Shown: positions 1 to 8,449, counted from the first letter of the stretch. The stretch: DNA of 64,000 nucleotides from an uncultured Solibacteraceae bacterium (GCA_964584785.1 CAZPBY010000045.1:2024-66023); one strand, 5' to 3'. Translations and numbers: made by a program. Notes: generated by a model from the sequence alone, not told the origin.

Positions 1-2
1 CC

Positions 3-1349
3 GTTGTAGATGATGACGACGTGGCGTACGCGCTTTACGCCGCGGAGCGTTTGACGGAAGACGACGGAGATCCGGCCGCGGCGCGAGAGTACATCATTCG
101 GAAATCGGCAACGGCGGACTCGAGATCCCTGATTCAGGCATACCTGTTGCGCGATCTCCTTGCCAAACTTCAGAACGTCGATCTGCTGGTTCGGCAGAAA
201 CTCTCGTCCGAGATTCACGACAAGGAACAAATGGCAGCGCTCGCGCGAGATTTTCATGCGCCGTTGTTCCGTATGGAATTAGCCTTTGGCGCGCGGCCCG
301 GCGATACGGCATGGCTGGCGTACGGAGACGAACCCTGGCTGATTACGATTTTGTCGCCCGCTCCCCTGACATCGCCGATGGTGTTGGCCCTTTCCGCAAA
401 AAAGCTTGCGCCACCCGGTGCGACGCTGATTGCGGGTCATACGCCAGCGAGTATGCGGGTCGGCGAAGGCCTGCTCCAACTCGAAGTCGAATGGCCCGCG
501 AGCCGGTTCGCCTCCGTCGGACAGGGCATACCCGCCAGCCTGTACCTGACAGGAATCGCCTTGATTCTGAGTACAACCATTCTCGCCGGATACCTGCTTC
601 TGCGCGATGTCATGCGAGAAGGCCGGATTGCCGAGATGCGGTCGCTGTTCGTCGCGAGTGTTTCGCATGAGCTCAAAACGCCGCTAACCGCCATTCGCAT
701 GTTTGCGGAGACGCTCGGCAAGGAACGGCCACCGGACGAAAAGCGACGGACAGAGTATGCCCGCACGATCGTCAACGAAAGCGAGCGGCTCTCGCGGCTG
801 GTGGATAACCTCCTGGATTCCTCCCGAATTGAGTACGGAGAGAAAATCTATCGCAAGAAATGGATCTCGCCGGCGGACGTTGTTCGTTCCGCGGCTGACG
901 CCATGCAGTACCCGCTCGCGCAAAAGGGTTTTGGGCTGAATATCAACATCGAAGAAGGTTTGCCGCCACTGCTGGCGGACGCCGACGCGATCGAGCAGGC
1001 GATTCTGAACCTGCTGACCAACGCCATGAAGTACTCCGGCGATTCGCGATCCGTTACTCTCAACCTGAAGCGGGCCGGCGCCGACGTTCTGATCGAAGTT
1101 ATTGACGAGGGTCTGGGAATCGAACCATCCCAGCAGAAGCGGATATTCGACCGTTTCTACCGGGTCCGTTCCGAGACGACCGATCGCGTGACCGGCGCAG
1201 GTCTCGGACTGACTCTGGCGCTGCATATCGTTGACGCTCACGGTGGACGCCTCGAACTCGCGAGTGTGCCGGGTCAGGGAAGTATCTTTTCCGTCCGCCT
1301 GCCGATGAGCGGAGCGAATGCGAGCCCGATAGGGCGAAGCCAGAAATAA
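3..1349 (+). CDS. Sensor histidine kinase (HisKA + HATPase_c), 5'-truncated by the window edge
   Basis: Frame is open from position 3. TM helix (SLYLTGIALILSTTILAGYLLL), H-box FVASVSHELKTPL, N-box LNLLTNAMKYS, G1 DEGLGI, F-box FDRFYRV, G2 GAGLGL. Confidence 0.95.
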   Translation, partial: VVDDDDVAYALYAAERLTEDDGDPAAAREYIIRKSATADSRSLIQAYLLRDLLAKLQNVDLLVRQKLSSEIHDKEQMAALARDFHAPLFRMELAFGARPGDTAWLAYGDEPWLITILSPAPLTSPMVLALSAKKLAPPGATLIAGHTPASMRVGEGLLQLEVEWPASRFASVGQGIPASLYLTGIALILSTTILAGYLLLRDVMREGRIAEMRSLFVASVSHELKTPLTAIRMFAETLGKERPPDEKRRTEYARTIVNESERLSRLVDNLLDSSRIEYGEKIYRKKWISPADVVRSAADAMQYPLAQKGFGLNINIEEGLPPLLADADAIEQAILNLLTNAMKYSGDSRSVTLNLKRAGADVLIEVIDEGLGIEPSQQKRIFDRFYRVRSETTDRVTGAGLGLTLALHIVDAHGGRLELASVPGQGSIFSVRLPMSGANASPIGRSQK

Positions 1350-1366
1350 ATGAACGGAGTTCAAAC

Positions 1367-2059
1367 ATGACGAAGATTCTCGTCATTGAAGACGACCCGG
1401 CGATTCTGCGCGGTCTGTCCGACAATCTTGACGACGAAGGATACACGGTGACTACCGCTGTCGACGGTGAGACCGCCTATGCACTCCAGCGCAAACAGAA
1501 GTTCGACCTGATCGTGCTGGACCTGATGCTGCCGCGGATGAGCGGATTTGAATTGTGCCGCAGGCTGCGCGCCGAAGAAGTTCACACGCCCATCCTGATA
1601 CTCACCGCTCGCAGCGAAGAAAGCGATCGCGTCTTCGGCCTGGACCTCGGCGCGGACGACTACGTCAGCAAGCCGTTCTCCGTTCGCGAACTGCTGGCCC
1701 GCATCCGCGCACTGCTGCGCCGGCCTCCGGTGACGCTCGAGGCCTCCTCTGAACTCCGTTTCGGCGATGTCGAGGTGGACTTCCGCCGCTATGTCGCGCG
1801 GCGTAAAGGGCAGAACGTGGAGATGACGTCGAAGGAATTCGACATCCTTCGCCTGCTTGTCGCGCGCAGCGGCGAGGTCGTGACCCGTGATGACTTGTTG
1901 AACGAAGTGTGGGGCTACGAGTCCTACCCGGTCAGCCGGACCGTAGACAATCACATGGTCAGCCTGCGCGCCAAACTGGAATCCGACCCCGCGCATCCTC
2001 GATACATTCGCACCGTGCGCGGCGTCGGCTATCGCTTCGTTCACGACGGATCGTCATGA
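1367..2059 (+). CDS. OmpR/PhoB-family response regulator
   Basis: Receiver domain (ILVIEDD, LIVLDLMLP, GADDYVSKPF) plus winged-helix C-terminus (SRTVDNHMVSLRAKLE, TVRGVGYRF); 17 bp after the kinase. Confidence 0.95.
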   Translation: MTKILVIEDDPAILRGLSDNLDDEGYTVTTAVDGETAYALQRKQKFDLIVLDLMLPRMSGFELCRRLRAEEVHTPILILTARSEESDRVFGLDLGADDYVSKPFSVRELLARIRALLRRPPVTLEASSELRFGDVEVDFRRYVARRKGQNVEMTSKEFDILRLLVARSGEVVTRDDLLNEVWGYESYPVSRTVDNHMVSLRAKLESDPAHPRYIRTVRGVGYRFVHDGSS

Positions 2060-2139
2060 CAAGAATTTTGCAAAGCGCTGACCGCGCTGTGATGACGCAC
2101 CTGTTCAGGCCGCACTAGTCTGCAGCCACGGAGGAACAC

Positions 2140-3951
2140 ATGGCAACACAACACGGCATCCGAAGGCTGACAAAGATCGCCCTGATATCCACTCTCCTTT
2201 CGGTCACCTCGCTCTCCGCTCAGAGCGCTCTCGAACTCTATCAGCGCGGGCTGGTGCAGGAGCGGGCTCATGGAAATCTGCGTGAGGCGATCCAGTTTTA
2301 CGAAAAAGCGGCGAAGACCGCCGGCAGCGACCGCGCGCTGGCCGCAAAAGCGCTGCTTCGCGAAGCGGAATGCTATCGGCAGTTAGGAGATTCAAAGGCT
2401 GCGGAACTGTATGCCGCGCTGACCGGCGGCTATCCCGAACAACGGGGACCGGTGGCTGTTGCCGAAGCAGCGCTGGCGGAGATGCCGAAAGGCAGCGGAC
2501 AGCAGAGTCCCATGGGGTTGTCGCCGCGAATGGCTGCGGAATTGTCTTCCGTTGTGACTCCGGTCATCAACAATTCATGTATCAGTTGTCACACCGAGGG
2601 CCGGGCGTATGGCGGACTTTCGTTGGATAACCTGACGAAGCATTTCGTTGCCAATACACCCGACTTTGAGCAGGACGCTGCAGTGTGGGAAAAGGTGCTC
2701 ATTCGCCTTCGCGCCCGCGTGATGCCGCCGCGGCGAGGCGGCCTGGAACCTTTGGACGAGACGACCAGCAGCGCAGTCATGGCCACCCTCGAGAACGCTT
2801 TGGACCAGCCGTCTGCCGCGACGTCGAACGGCTCGGACTTGATCAGCGATGACGAACTCGCCCAACGGATGGCGTCGTTTATTTGGGGCGAGTCACCGGA
2901 CTCCACGCTGGCCGATCTCGCAGCTCACGGACGATTGCGCAATCCCAGCGTGATCGATCAACAGGTCCAGCGGATGCTCGCCTCAGCGAAATCGCAGAAA
3001 TTGGTGAGCGCCTTCTTTTCCAACTGGCTTCAGCTCAATTCGCTTTCCCGCTTCTTTCAACGGCCAATCAACCCGGGCCTTAATGAGGAGGTGAAGCAAT
3101 CGATTCTTGCGGACATCGCTCGCGGCAAGGCGCTCTTTCCGGAACGAACGGATGAATTGTTCCGCGCAATGCAGCGGGAAACCGAACTCTTCATCAGCGA
3201 ACAGCTGCAGCATGACCGGCCCGCGCTCGAACTGTGGACCGCGAATTACAGCTATCTCAACGATCAACTGGCCCCGCTCTATGGAATTCCCAACATCACG
3301 GGCAGCGAGTTCCGGCGAGTGACCTTGCCGGGTGACCGGCGCGGCGGGTTGCTGGGTCAGTTGTCCGTTCTCAGTGCCACGTCACTTGACACGCGAACGT
3401 CGACCGTGTTGCGCGGAAAATGGGTGTACACCACGTTCCTCGGAATACCGCTTCCTCCTCCGCCTCCAAACGTCCCGCCGCTCGATCAAACCCCGGCGGT
3501 GCAGTCCGGCCAACCGCTCACCCTGCGTCAACGTGTCGAGGCACACCATGTCAATCCGAGTTGCAACTCATGCCACATGATGTTCGAGCCCCTGGGAGAT
3601 GCGCTTGGCAATTTCGATGTCATCGGACGCTGGCGGGAAACGGACGCCGGACAACCGATCGATTCGGCCGGAACACTGTGGGATGGCCAGCGGGTTACCG
3701 GTCCGATCGAGATGAGAAACGCATTATTGAAGTACCGCGATGCTTACTTCTGGAATGTGACTTCCGCCTTGCTCACCCAGGCTCTCGGCCGCCCGAGATT
3801 CACTGCGCCCGGTGGTCAGCTGTACCCATACGAACAACCCGCGGTCCGCGCCATATTGCGAGAGGCCAGGGCGGTGAACTATAGCTGGAGTTCGGTCATT
3901 GCCGGAATCGTGAAAAGCCGCCCGTTCCAGACCAGGAACATCGTTCCGTAG
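2140..3951 (+). CDS. Secreted TPR-like + DUF1592/DUF1588/DUF1585-type (planctomycete cytochrome c-like) protein with two CxxCH motifs
   Basis: SD GGAGG; signal peptide; helical N-domain; CISCH and CNSCH haem motifs; DDELAQRMASFIW, RGGLLGQLSVL, STVLRGKWV and ALGNFDVIGRWR match the equivalent segments of the DUF1592 protein at 41170-43518. Confidence 0.8.
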   Translation: MATQHGIRRLTKIALISTLLSVTSLSAQSALELYQRGLVQERAHGNLREAIQFYEKAAKTAGSDRALAAKALLREAECYRQLGDSKAAELYAALTGGYPEQRGPVAVAEAALAEMPKGSGQQSPMGLSPRMAAELSSVVTPVINNSCISCHTEGRAYGGLSLDNLTKHFVANTPDFEQDAAVWEKVLIRLRARVMPPRRGGLEPLDETTSSAVMATLENALDQPSAATSNGSDLISDDELAQRMASFIWGESPDSTLADLAAHGRLRNPSVIDQQVQRMLASAKSQKLVSAFFSNWLQLNSLSRFFQRPINPGLNEEVKQSILADIARGKALFPERTDELFRAMQRETELFISEQLQHDRPALELWTANYSYLNDQLAPLYGIPNITGSEFRRVTLPGDRRGGLLGQLSVLSATSLDTRTSTVLRGKWVYTTFLGIPLPPPPPNVPPLDQTPAVQSGQPLTLRQRVEAHHVNPSCNSCHMMFEPLGDALGNFDVIGRWRETDAGQPIDSAGTLWDGQRVTGPIEMRNALLKYRDAYFWNVTSALLTQALGRPRFTAPGGQLYPYEQPAVRAILREARAVNYSWSSVIAGIVKSRPFQTRNIVP

Positions 3952-3960
3952 GAAGTCGAC

Positions 3961-4461
3961 ATGGAAAAGGTTTTGTCCGGCGAAAGCGATTTTGCCGCAC
4001 AGCTGGCGGAATACCCGGCCGTCGCATTTCACGCCGCTGTCGCGATTCTTCGGCATCGTGAGGATGCCGAAGATGTCGCGCAGGCCGCGATCGCCAAGGC
4101 GTATCGGAGTTACGCACAGCTGCGGAAAACGGAACGATTCCCTTTTTGGCTTGCGCGGATTGCCCGAAGGCTGGCCATCAACTACCGTCGCGACAACCAG
4201 GGATGGCGGTGGACGGAAATCTTCCCGTGTGAAGCCGTTGAAACAAGGACCGCAATGGATGCATTGCTGGAGCAGGAACGGGCGCAGATCCTGCGCAGAT
4301 CGATCGCGCGGCTGCCGAAGCGGTTGCGTGCCGTCACGGTCCTCGTCGGACTTCGCGAACACCGCGTGCGCGACGTGGCCATCATGCTCCAGGTAACGGA
4401 AGGCACCGTGAAACGCCAACTCTTCGTGGCACGCAAACACCTCAGACACCTTATGCGATAA
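3961..4461 (+). CDS. ECF-type RNA polymerase sigma-70 factor
   Basis: Region 2 (DAEDVAQ...FPFWLARIARRLAIN) and region 4 HTH (VRDVAIMLQVTEGTVKRQLFVAR); 166 aa. Confidence 0.85.
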   Translation: MEKVLSGESDFAAQLAEYPAVAFHAAVAILRHREDAEDVAQAAIAKAYRSYAQLRKTERFPFWLARIARRLAINYRRDNQGWRWTEIFPCEAVETRTAMDALLEQERAQILRRSIARLPKRLRAVTVLVGLREHRVRDVAIMLQVTEGTVKRQLFVARKHLRHLMR

Positions 4462-4568
4462 ACCGACGCCGAACGGATGCTGTTATCCGCCGGTGTTCCA
4501 TTGGGCCGCTTGCGTTTGATCTTCGGGCGGAGTTAACGTGTACGCCGTTCGGGAGGAGGGATCTAACG

Positions 4569-5402
4569 ATGCGTCGAGCGATTCTTGTTCTGGCAGTGTT
4601 GTTTGTTCTCCAGCAATCGGCATTCGCAACGTGGTCGGTTATCGCGATCGATCGCGGTACGAAGCGTGTGGTGATGGCTGCCGCGTCATGCGTCAACACG
4701 GATGATGAAGCGATGAAGACGGCAATCGCGGTGATCGTTCCCGGCATCGGCGTCGCTGCGTGCCAGGCCGCGGCAGACAACACGCATCAGAATCAGATGC
4801 TCGTTTTCAATGAGCTGAAAAAAGGAACCGATCCGCAACGCATTATCGAAATGCTGAGCGCCGATCCCGCGTTTCAGTCACGTCAGTTCGGAATCGTCGA
4901 TATGCAGGGCCGCTCGTGGGGTCACTCGGGATTGGGAAACAGTTTCGAGACGAAGTTCATTCCGGGTCAGGTCCCAGGCACGGAGATTTTTTATGCGGTT
5001 CAGGGAAACACGATTCGTTCAGGTGGGATCGCAAAAGCCGCGAAAGCATTCCTCGACGCGAAGGGCTCGCTCACGGATCGCGTGATGGCCGCTCTCGAAG
5101 CCGGTGACGCCGCCGGAGGTGACATCCGCTGCTCCTGCCCTCCACCGCCGGCCGACGGAAGCCAACCTTCGATTCCGTGCGACGACAAACATGCTCATGT
5201 TGCGTTTATTCTGATGGCCAATCCGAATGACACGAACGGCGACTCGCACAACAACGGCAAGTACGCGATGTACATCACCGTGTCGCAGCCTTCTCCAGAT
5301 CATCCTCAAGGCGCGAAGACAGGCGAGAGTCTGAATCCCGTTAAAACACTCCGAATGCGTTACGACGCGTGGCGGAAGACCATGCCCGCGGATCTCAAAT
5401 AG
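4569..5402 (+). CDS. DUF1028-family secreted protein (predicted Ntn-hydrolase fold)
   Basis: SD GGAGG; signal peptide ending AFA, then TWSVIAID; RQFGIVD, AVQGN, ALEAGDAAGGD.R motifs. Confidence 0.75.
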   Translation: MRRAILVLAVLFVLQQSAFATWSVIAIDRGTKRVVMAAASCVNTDDEAMKTAIAVIVPGIGVAACQAAADNTHQNQMLVFNELKKGTDPQRIIEMLSADPAFQSRQFGIVDMQGRSWGHSGLGNSFETKFIPGQVPGTEIFYAVQGNTIRSGGIAKAAKAFLDAKGSLTDRVMAALEAGDAAGGDIRCSCPPPPADGSQPSIPCDDKHAHVAFILMANPNDTNGDSHNNGKYAMYITVSQPSPDHPQGAKTGESLNPVKTLRMRYDAWRKTMPADLK

Positions 5403-5572
5403 CGCCCAGCGGACATCTATATTTAACGTTTGAGATGGGACAACCCAACGGTTGACATATTCAGAAGCGGTATTCGAGACATCTCCCATGGCGGGCGGTA
5501 GTGAGGTCTTTTGAAATTCTGCGCTGAATTCCTTCGAGCGTAATCCATTCCGCTTTTTGGCATACTCAAGAT

Positions 5573-5819
5573 ATGCCTAAACGCTCAAGCAAACCAAAAC
5601 GTCCGACAGATTCAAACCTTCTCGCTCGCCAAATTATTGACGACATCATCGTCGAACCACTGCACAACAAAGCCTGAAGAATCGCAGAAGAATCCCGCCG
5701 CCGTCGCACTCCGCAGGCTTGAAGGATTGAAAGGCGGGAAGGCCCGCGCTCGCGTTCTATTAGCCCAAAAACGCAAAGAAATCGCCCAAAAGGCGGCGAA
5801 AGCGCGCTGGAAACGCTGA
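5573..5819 (+). pseudogene. Frameshifted small basic protein of the type that accompanies IS1-like transposases
   Basis: ATG 5573 gives MPKRSSKPKRPTDSNLLARQII...; the +1 frame continues ...KNPAAVALRRLEGLKGGKARAR...RKEIAQKAAKARWKR. Joined, these resemble the recalled family consensus (KNPAAVALGRLGGLKGGKARA...KAAxARW) with G>R and G>E decay. Confidence 0.65.
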
Positions 5820-5885
5820 TTTTGCTTGATTCGAGCTGGTAATAACCCCGATACTGCTCCGGTTTTTGATATCGCCCGTGATATT

Positions 5886-6167
5886 ATGGATCAGAAGCGG
5901 ATTGACAAATTGCGAGCGAGAGTGGCGGAGTTACGCGGTTCCGATGTTCCGTCTGATAAGTTGATCGGCCTTGTAGAGGCCATTGGCTTAGAGAAAAAGA
6001 ATCGCGGTAAACACCCAACGTATGGCGGTGGACCGCCGGGAACTACGCCTATCTCAATTCCCTGCCATGGTAAACCGGTGAAACGGTATACAGCTGGGGG
6101 AATCCTCGACCAAATCGAACAGCATCTCGATTATTACGAGGCGATGCTGAATTCAGGGAAGAAGTAG
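5886..6167 (+). CDS. hicA: HicA-family toxin (mRNA interferase-like)
   Basis: 93 aa from ATG 5886; RGKHPTY (G-x-H motif) and ISIPCHGKPVKRYTAGGILDQI match the HicA pattern; directly upstream of a HicB. Confidence 0.7.
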   Translation: MDQKRIDKLRARVAELRGSDVPSDKLIGLVEAIGLEKKNRGKHPTYGGGPPGTTPISIPCHGKPVKRYTAGGILDQIEQHLDYYEAMLNSGKK

Positions 6168-6186
6168 TAACAAAGGAGAAACCGAG

Positions 6187-6717
6187 ATGACCGCTAATGA
6201 ATATCTTAAGCTGCCTTATAGTCGAATCCTGATCCCCGATCCCGAGGAAGGTTATTCGGCCGAAATTCTGGAGTTCCCTGGCTGTTTCGCTCAAGGAGAT
6301 TCACCCGATGAAGCTATGCGCAATCTTGATGAGGCCGCGGTCTCGTGGATTGAAGCGTGTCAGGAGCAAGGTCTTGAGATCCCGGAGCCCAACATGAACC
6401 AGGGTTACGGTGGGAAAATAGCCTTGCGTTTACCCAGAAGTCTCCACAAACAAGCGGCACGTCTCGCTGAGCGAGACAATGTTAGTTTGAATCAGTTTTT
6501 GGTAGCGGCGATCGCATCTAAGGTGGGAGCGGAAGAAATCTATGAACGAATAAAAAAAGAGTTTCAGGCACGTATATCAACGGCCGTGCACATTTACTGG
6601 ACTAATGAAGCAATTAACACAGCGACAAATCAAATCGGCGGTAGCAACACTTTCGGTCTCCCGTCAATGCAAGGTACTAACGTTGTTATCAACCCGAACC
6701 AGTATCTGAGGGCATAA
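6187..6717 (+). CDS. hicB: HicB-family antitoxin with RHH domain and ~60-aa C-terminal extension
   Basis: SD AAGGAG; YSAEILEFPGCFAQGDSPDEA...WIEAC..EIPEP (HicB), GKIALRLPRSLH...VSLNQFLV (RHH); the tail continues to aa 176. Confidence 0.9.
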   Translation: MTANEYLKLPYSRILIPDPEEGYSAEILEFPGCFAQGDSPDEAMRNLDEAAVSWIEACQEQGLEIPEPNMNQGYGGKIALRLPRSLHKQAARLAERDNVSLNQFLVAAIASKVGAEEIYERIKKEFQARISTAVHIYWTNEAINTATNQIGGSNTFGLPSMQGTNVVINPNQYLRA

Positions 6718-6722
6718 ACGAT

Positions 6723-7013
6723 ATGGCCGAACCGAAACAAATCACTTTTACGTTTCAGGAAGTAGTTGAGGCATTGCTAAAAAAGCAGGGCATTCACGAG
6801 GGTGTTTGGGCAATTTATATTCGTTTTGGTATAAGCGGGGCGAACATAACAGACATGGCTACGCAATCGAAGGAATCTTTAAGACCGGCGGCAGTTGTGC
6901 CGTTGCTTGAAATCGGCCTTCAACGGTTCGAGGAAGTAACTGGGATTTCAGTTGATGCGGCCGTAGTAAATCCTAGCCCTAAAGCCGAGTCGCCGAAGCG
7001 TCCTAAAAAATAG
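6723..7013 (+). CDS. Hypothetical 96-aa protein, third gene of the hicAB operon
   Basis: Starts 5 bp after the hicB stop. Globular-looking sequence (ITFTFQEVVEALLKKQGIHEGVWAIYIRFG...PAAVVPLLEIGLQRF); followed by a terminator. Confidence 0.75.
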   Translation: MAEPKQITFTFQEVVEALLKKQGIHEGVWAIYIRFGISGANITDMATQSKESLRPAAVVPLLEIGLQRFEEVTGISVDAAVVNPSPKAESPKRPKK

Positions 7014-7028
7014 TTCATCCGCATCGCT

Positions 7029-7071
7029 AAAAAGTGGGAGCCATCGCGAAACTGGATGGTTCCCACTTTTT
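7029..7071. terminator. Bidirectional intrinsic terminator closing the hicA-hicB-X operon
   Basis: AAAAAGTGGGAGCCATC-9 nt loop-GATGGTTCCCACTTTTT: a 12-bp stem (one G-U) flanked by A5/T5 tracts. Confidence 0.75.
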
Positions 7072-7110
7072 GTTCTGACACTGCTGGAACGCTCAAGCAT
7101 AATAGATTTT

Positions 7111-7193
7111 ATGAATCGCCTGACTACTTCCGACCGCGCACAAGTATCCGCTGCTTGATTGATGGCAATTCCATTCCCGCAACCGAACGCATC
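7111..7193 (+). pseudogene. Frameshifted, truncated N-terminus of an IS1-like transposase
   Basis: ATG 7111 reads MNRLTTSDRAQV; after a 1-nt loss near 7147 it continues (I)RCLIDGNSIPATERI, resembling the recalled HTH start MNRLS.EKRAQII.CL.EGNSIRAT.R of IS1-like transposases. Similarity stops near 7193. Confidence 0.55.
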
Positions 7194-7375
7194 CGCAAGA
7201 GCGAGTCCAAACTAGATCGGCGGGAAATCAAAGGAACCCGCTACAGGTTGTCCCATCTCCAAGGTTCGATACAGATGTCCGATACTCCGGCCTTTCCCAA
7301 CTTGTTTGACTGGAAAATGTCCCCACAGTAACGTCACAGAATCCGGCTGAGTGGCAGGACAAGGGGACCTTTTGG

Positions 7376-8440
7376 ATGTTCAAGAGAATCCAGACCAGCT
7401 CTTCAGTCTGGACCGAAAAGGATTTGGCCAGACTCTTACTTCAGGCAAGGACCGCCTACGAAAAAGACGAAATTGATAAATGCAACCGCATGCTCGAACT
7501 CCTCCTGGCTGCGGACCCGGGCAACAGCGAAGCCCGAGCCCTGAGGGACAAAATTCACGGCACCGTTCCCGCTATTCTGACGTGGCCCGAAGAGGACGCG
7601 GAATACTCGTCTCGCGCTGAAGAACAGAGTGAGCCGGCTCCTGTCGCGACGCCGATAACGCCCGTTGCGGAGCCCCCAAAATTCCGTTCGGGAGCGACGA
7701 CCAATTCGCTCAAGACGATTCTGACCATCGCTCTGACGTTGATCGTTGGCATCACGGCAGTCCTCGTTATTCACAGCCAGCCGCGTGCATCCGCTTTCCC
7801 CGGCCCGGAGACGATCGTTACTCCAAAGCGTGCCCCGGTCCCGAAGCCGGTTCCGCCGCCGGTCCCGGTTGCAGCGCCGGTAGAACAGGTTGCCGTTCCC
7901 GTCGTCAGTTCGATTCCTGTCGCGAAAGCCTTGACGCCTTCTGCGACGCCGGTGTCGACCCCGGCCGTCGTGCCGCCGGCGATGGCTGTCGCGGATAAAC
8001 CGAAACCGGCCCCCAAGACTAAAAATACCGCACCGGCTTCGGCCGGCACAGGAACCTTATCGGTGAGCTCGCGTTTTGCCGCGGACATCTATGTGGATGG
8101 CAAGTTAGTGGGCTCGACTCCGGCCTCGATCGATCTTCCCGCGGGAACGCAAGCGGTCGAATATCGGCACGGAGACTTAACGAAAACCGTGAAGCACGTC
8201 ATCAACGCCGGTCAAACCACGGCCGCGATGATCAACTTCGAAGTAACAGTTCAAATCAACGCAAAACCATGGGCGCACGTTTTTGTCGAAGGCGCGGAGA
8301 GGCAGGATCTAGGACAGACGCCGCTCAGCGATGTTCGCGTGCCGGTTGGTGCAACGTTGACTTTTGAAAATCCTAATTTCACCAAGAAAAACTATCGGGT
8401 CACTGGAAAGGAGACGGCGATACAGGTGGTTTTCCCGTGA
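7376..8440 (+). CDS. Membrane-anchored PEGA-domain protein
   Basis: N-terminal TPR-like helix pair, single TM (ILTIALTLIVGITAVLVI), Pro/Ala-rich linker, two PEGA-like repeats (GTLSVSS..ADIYVDGKLVGSTP; INAKPWAHVFVEG..LGQTP). Confidence 0.75.
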   Translation: MFKRIQTSSSVWTEKDLARLLLQARTAYEKDEIDKCNRMLELLLAADPGNSEARALRDKIHGTVPAILTWPEEDAEYSSRAEEQSEPAPVATPITPVAEPPKFRSGATTNSLKTILTIALTLIVGITAVLVIHSQPRASAFPGPETIVTPKRAPVPKPVPPPVPVAAPVEQVAVPVVSSIPVAKALTPSATPVSTPAVVPPAMAVADKPKPAPKTKNTAPASAGTGTLSVSSRFAADIYVDGKLVGSTPASIDLPAGTQAVEYRHGDLTKTVKHVINAGQTTAAMINFEVTVQINAKPWAHVFVEGAERQDLGQTPLSDVRVPVGATLTFENPNFTKKNYRVTGKETAIQVVFP

Positions 8441-8449
8441 GGAGTTCCA

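Larger units (their letters stand above)
5410..7281. mobile_element. Degenerate mobile element / islet bounded by imperfect 36-bp terminal inverted repeats
   Basis: 5410-5445 CGGACATCTATATTTAACGTTTGAGATGGGACAACC vs 7246-7281 GGTTGTCCCATCTCCAAGGTTCGATACAGATGTCCG (31/36 complementary). The interior is visibly more AT-rich than the flanks and holds a TA operon and transposase debris. Confidence 0.65.

Noticed and set aside
5637-5819. Stand-alone 60-aa gene with TTG start
   Set aside because: Better explained as the 3' half of a frameshifted gene starting at ATG 5573.
5400-7295. Target-site duplication flanking the inverted repeats
   Set aside because: The flanks (AGCGCCCAG / ATACTCCGG) share no direct repeat.
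7056-7331. 91-aa ORF as a real gene
   Set aside because: It starts inside the terminator hairpin and runs through the right inverted repeat; only its middle matches the frameshifted transposase remnant.
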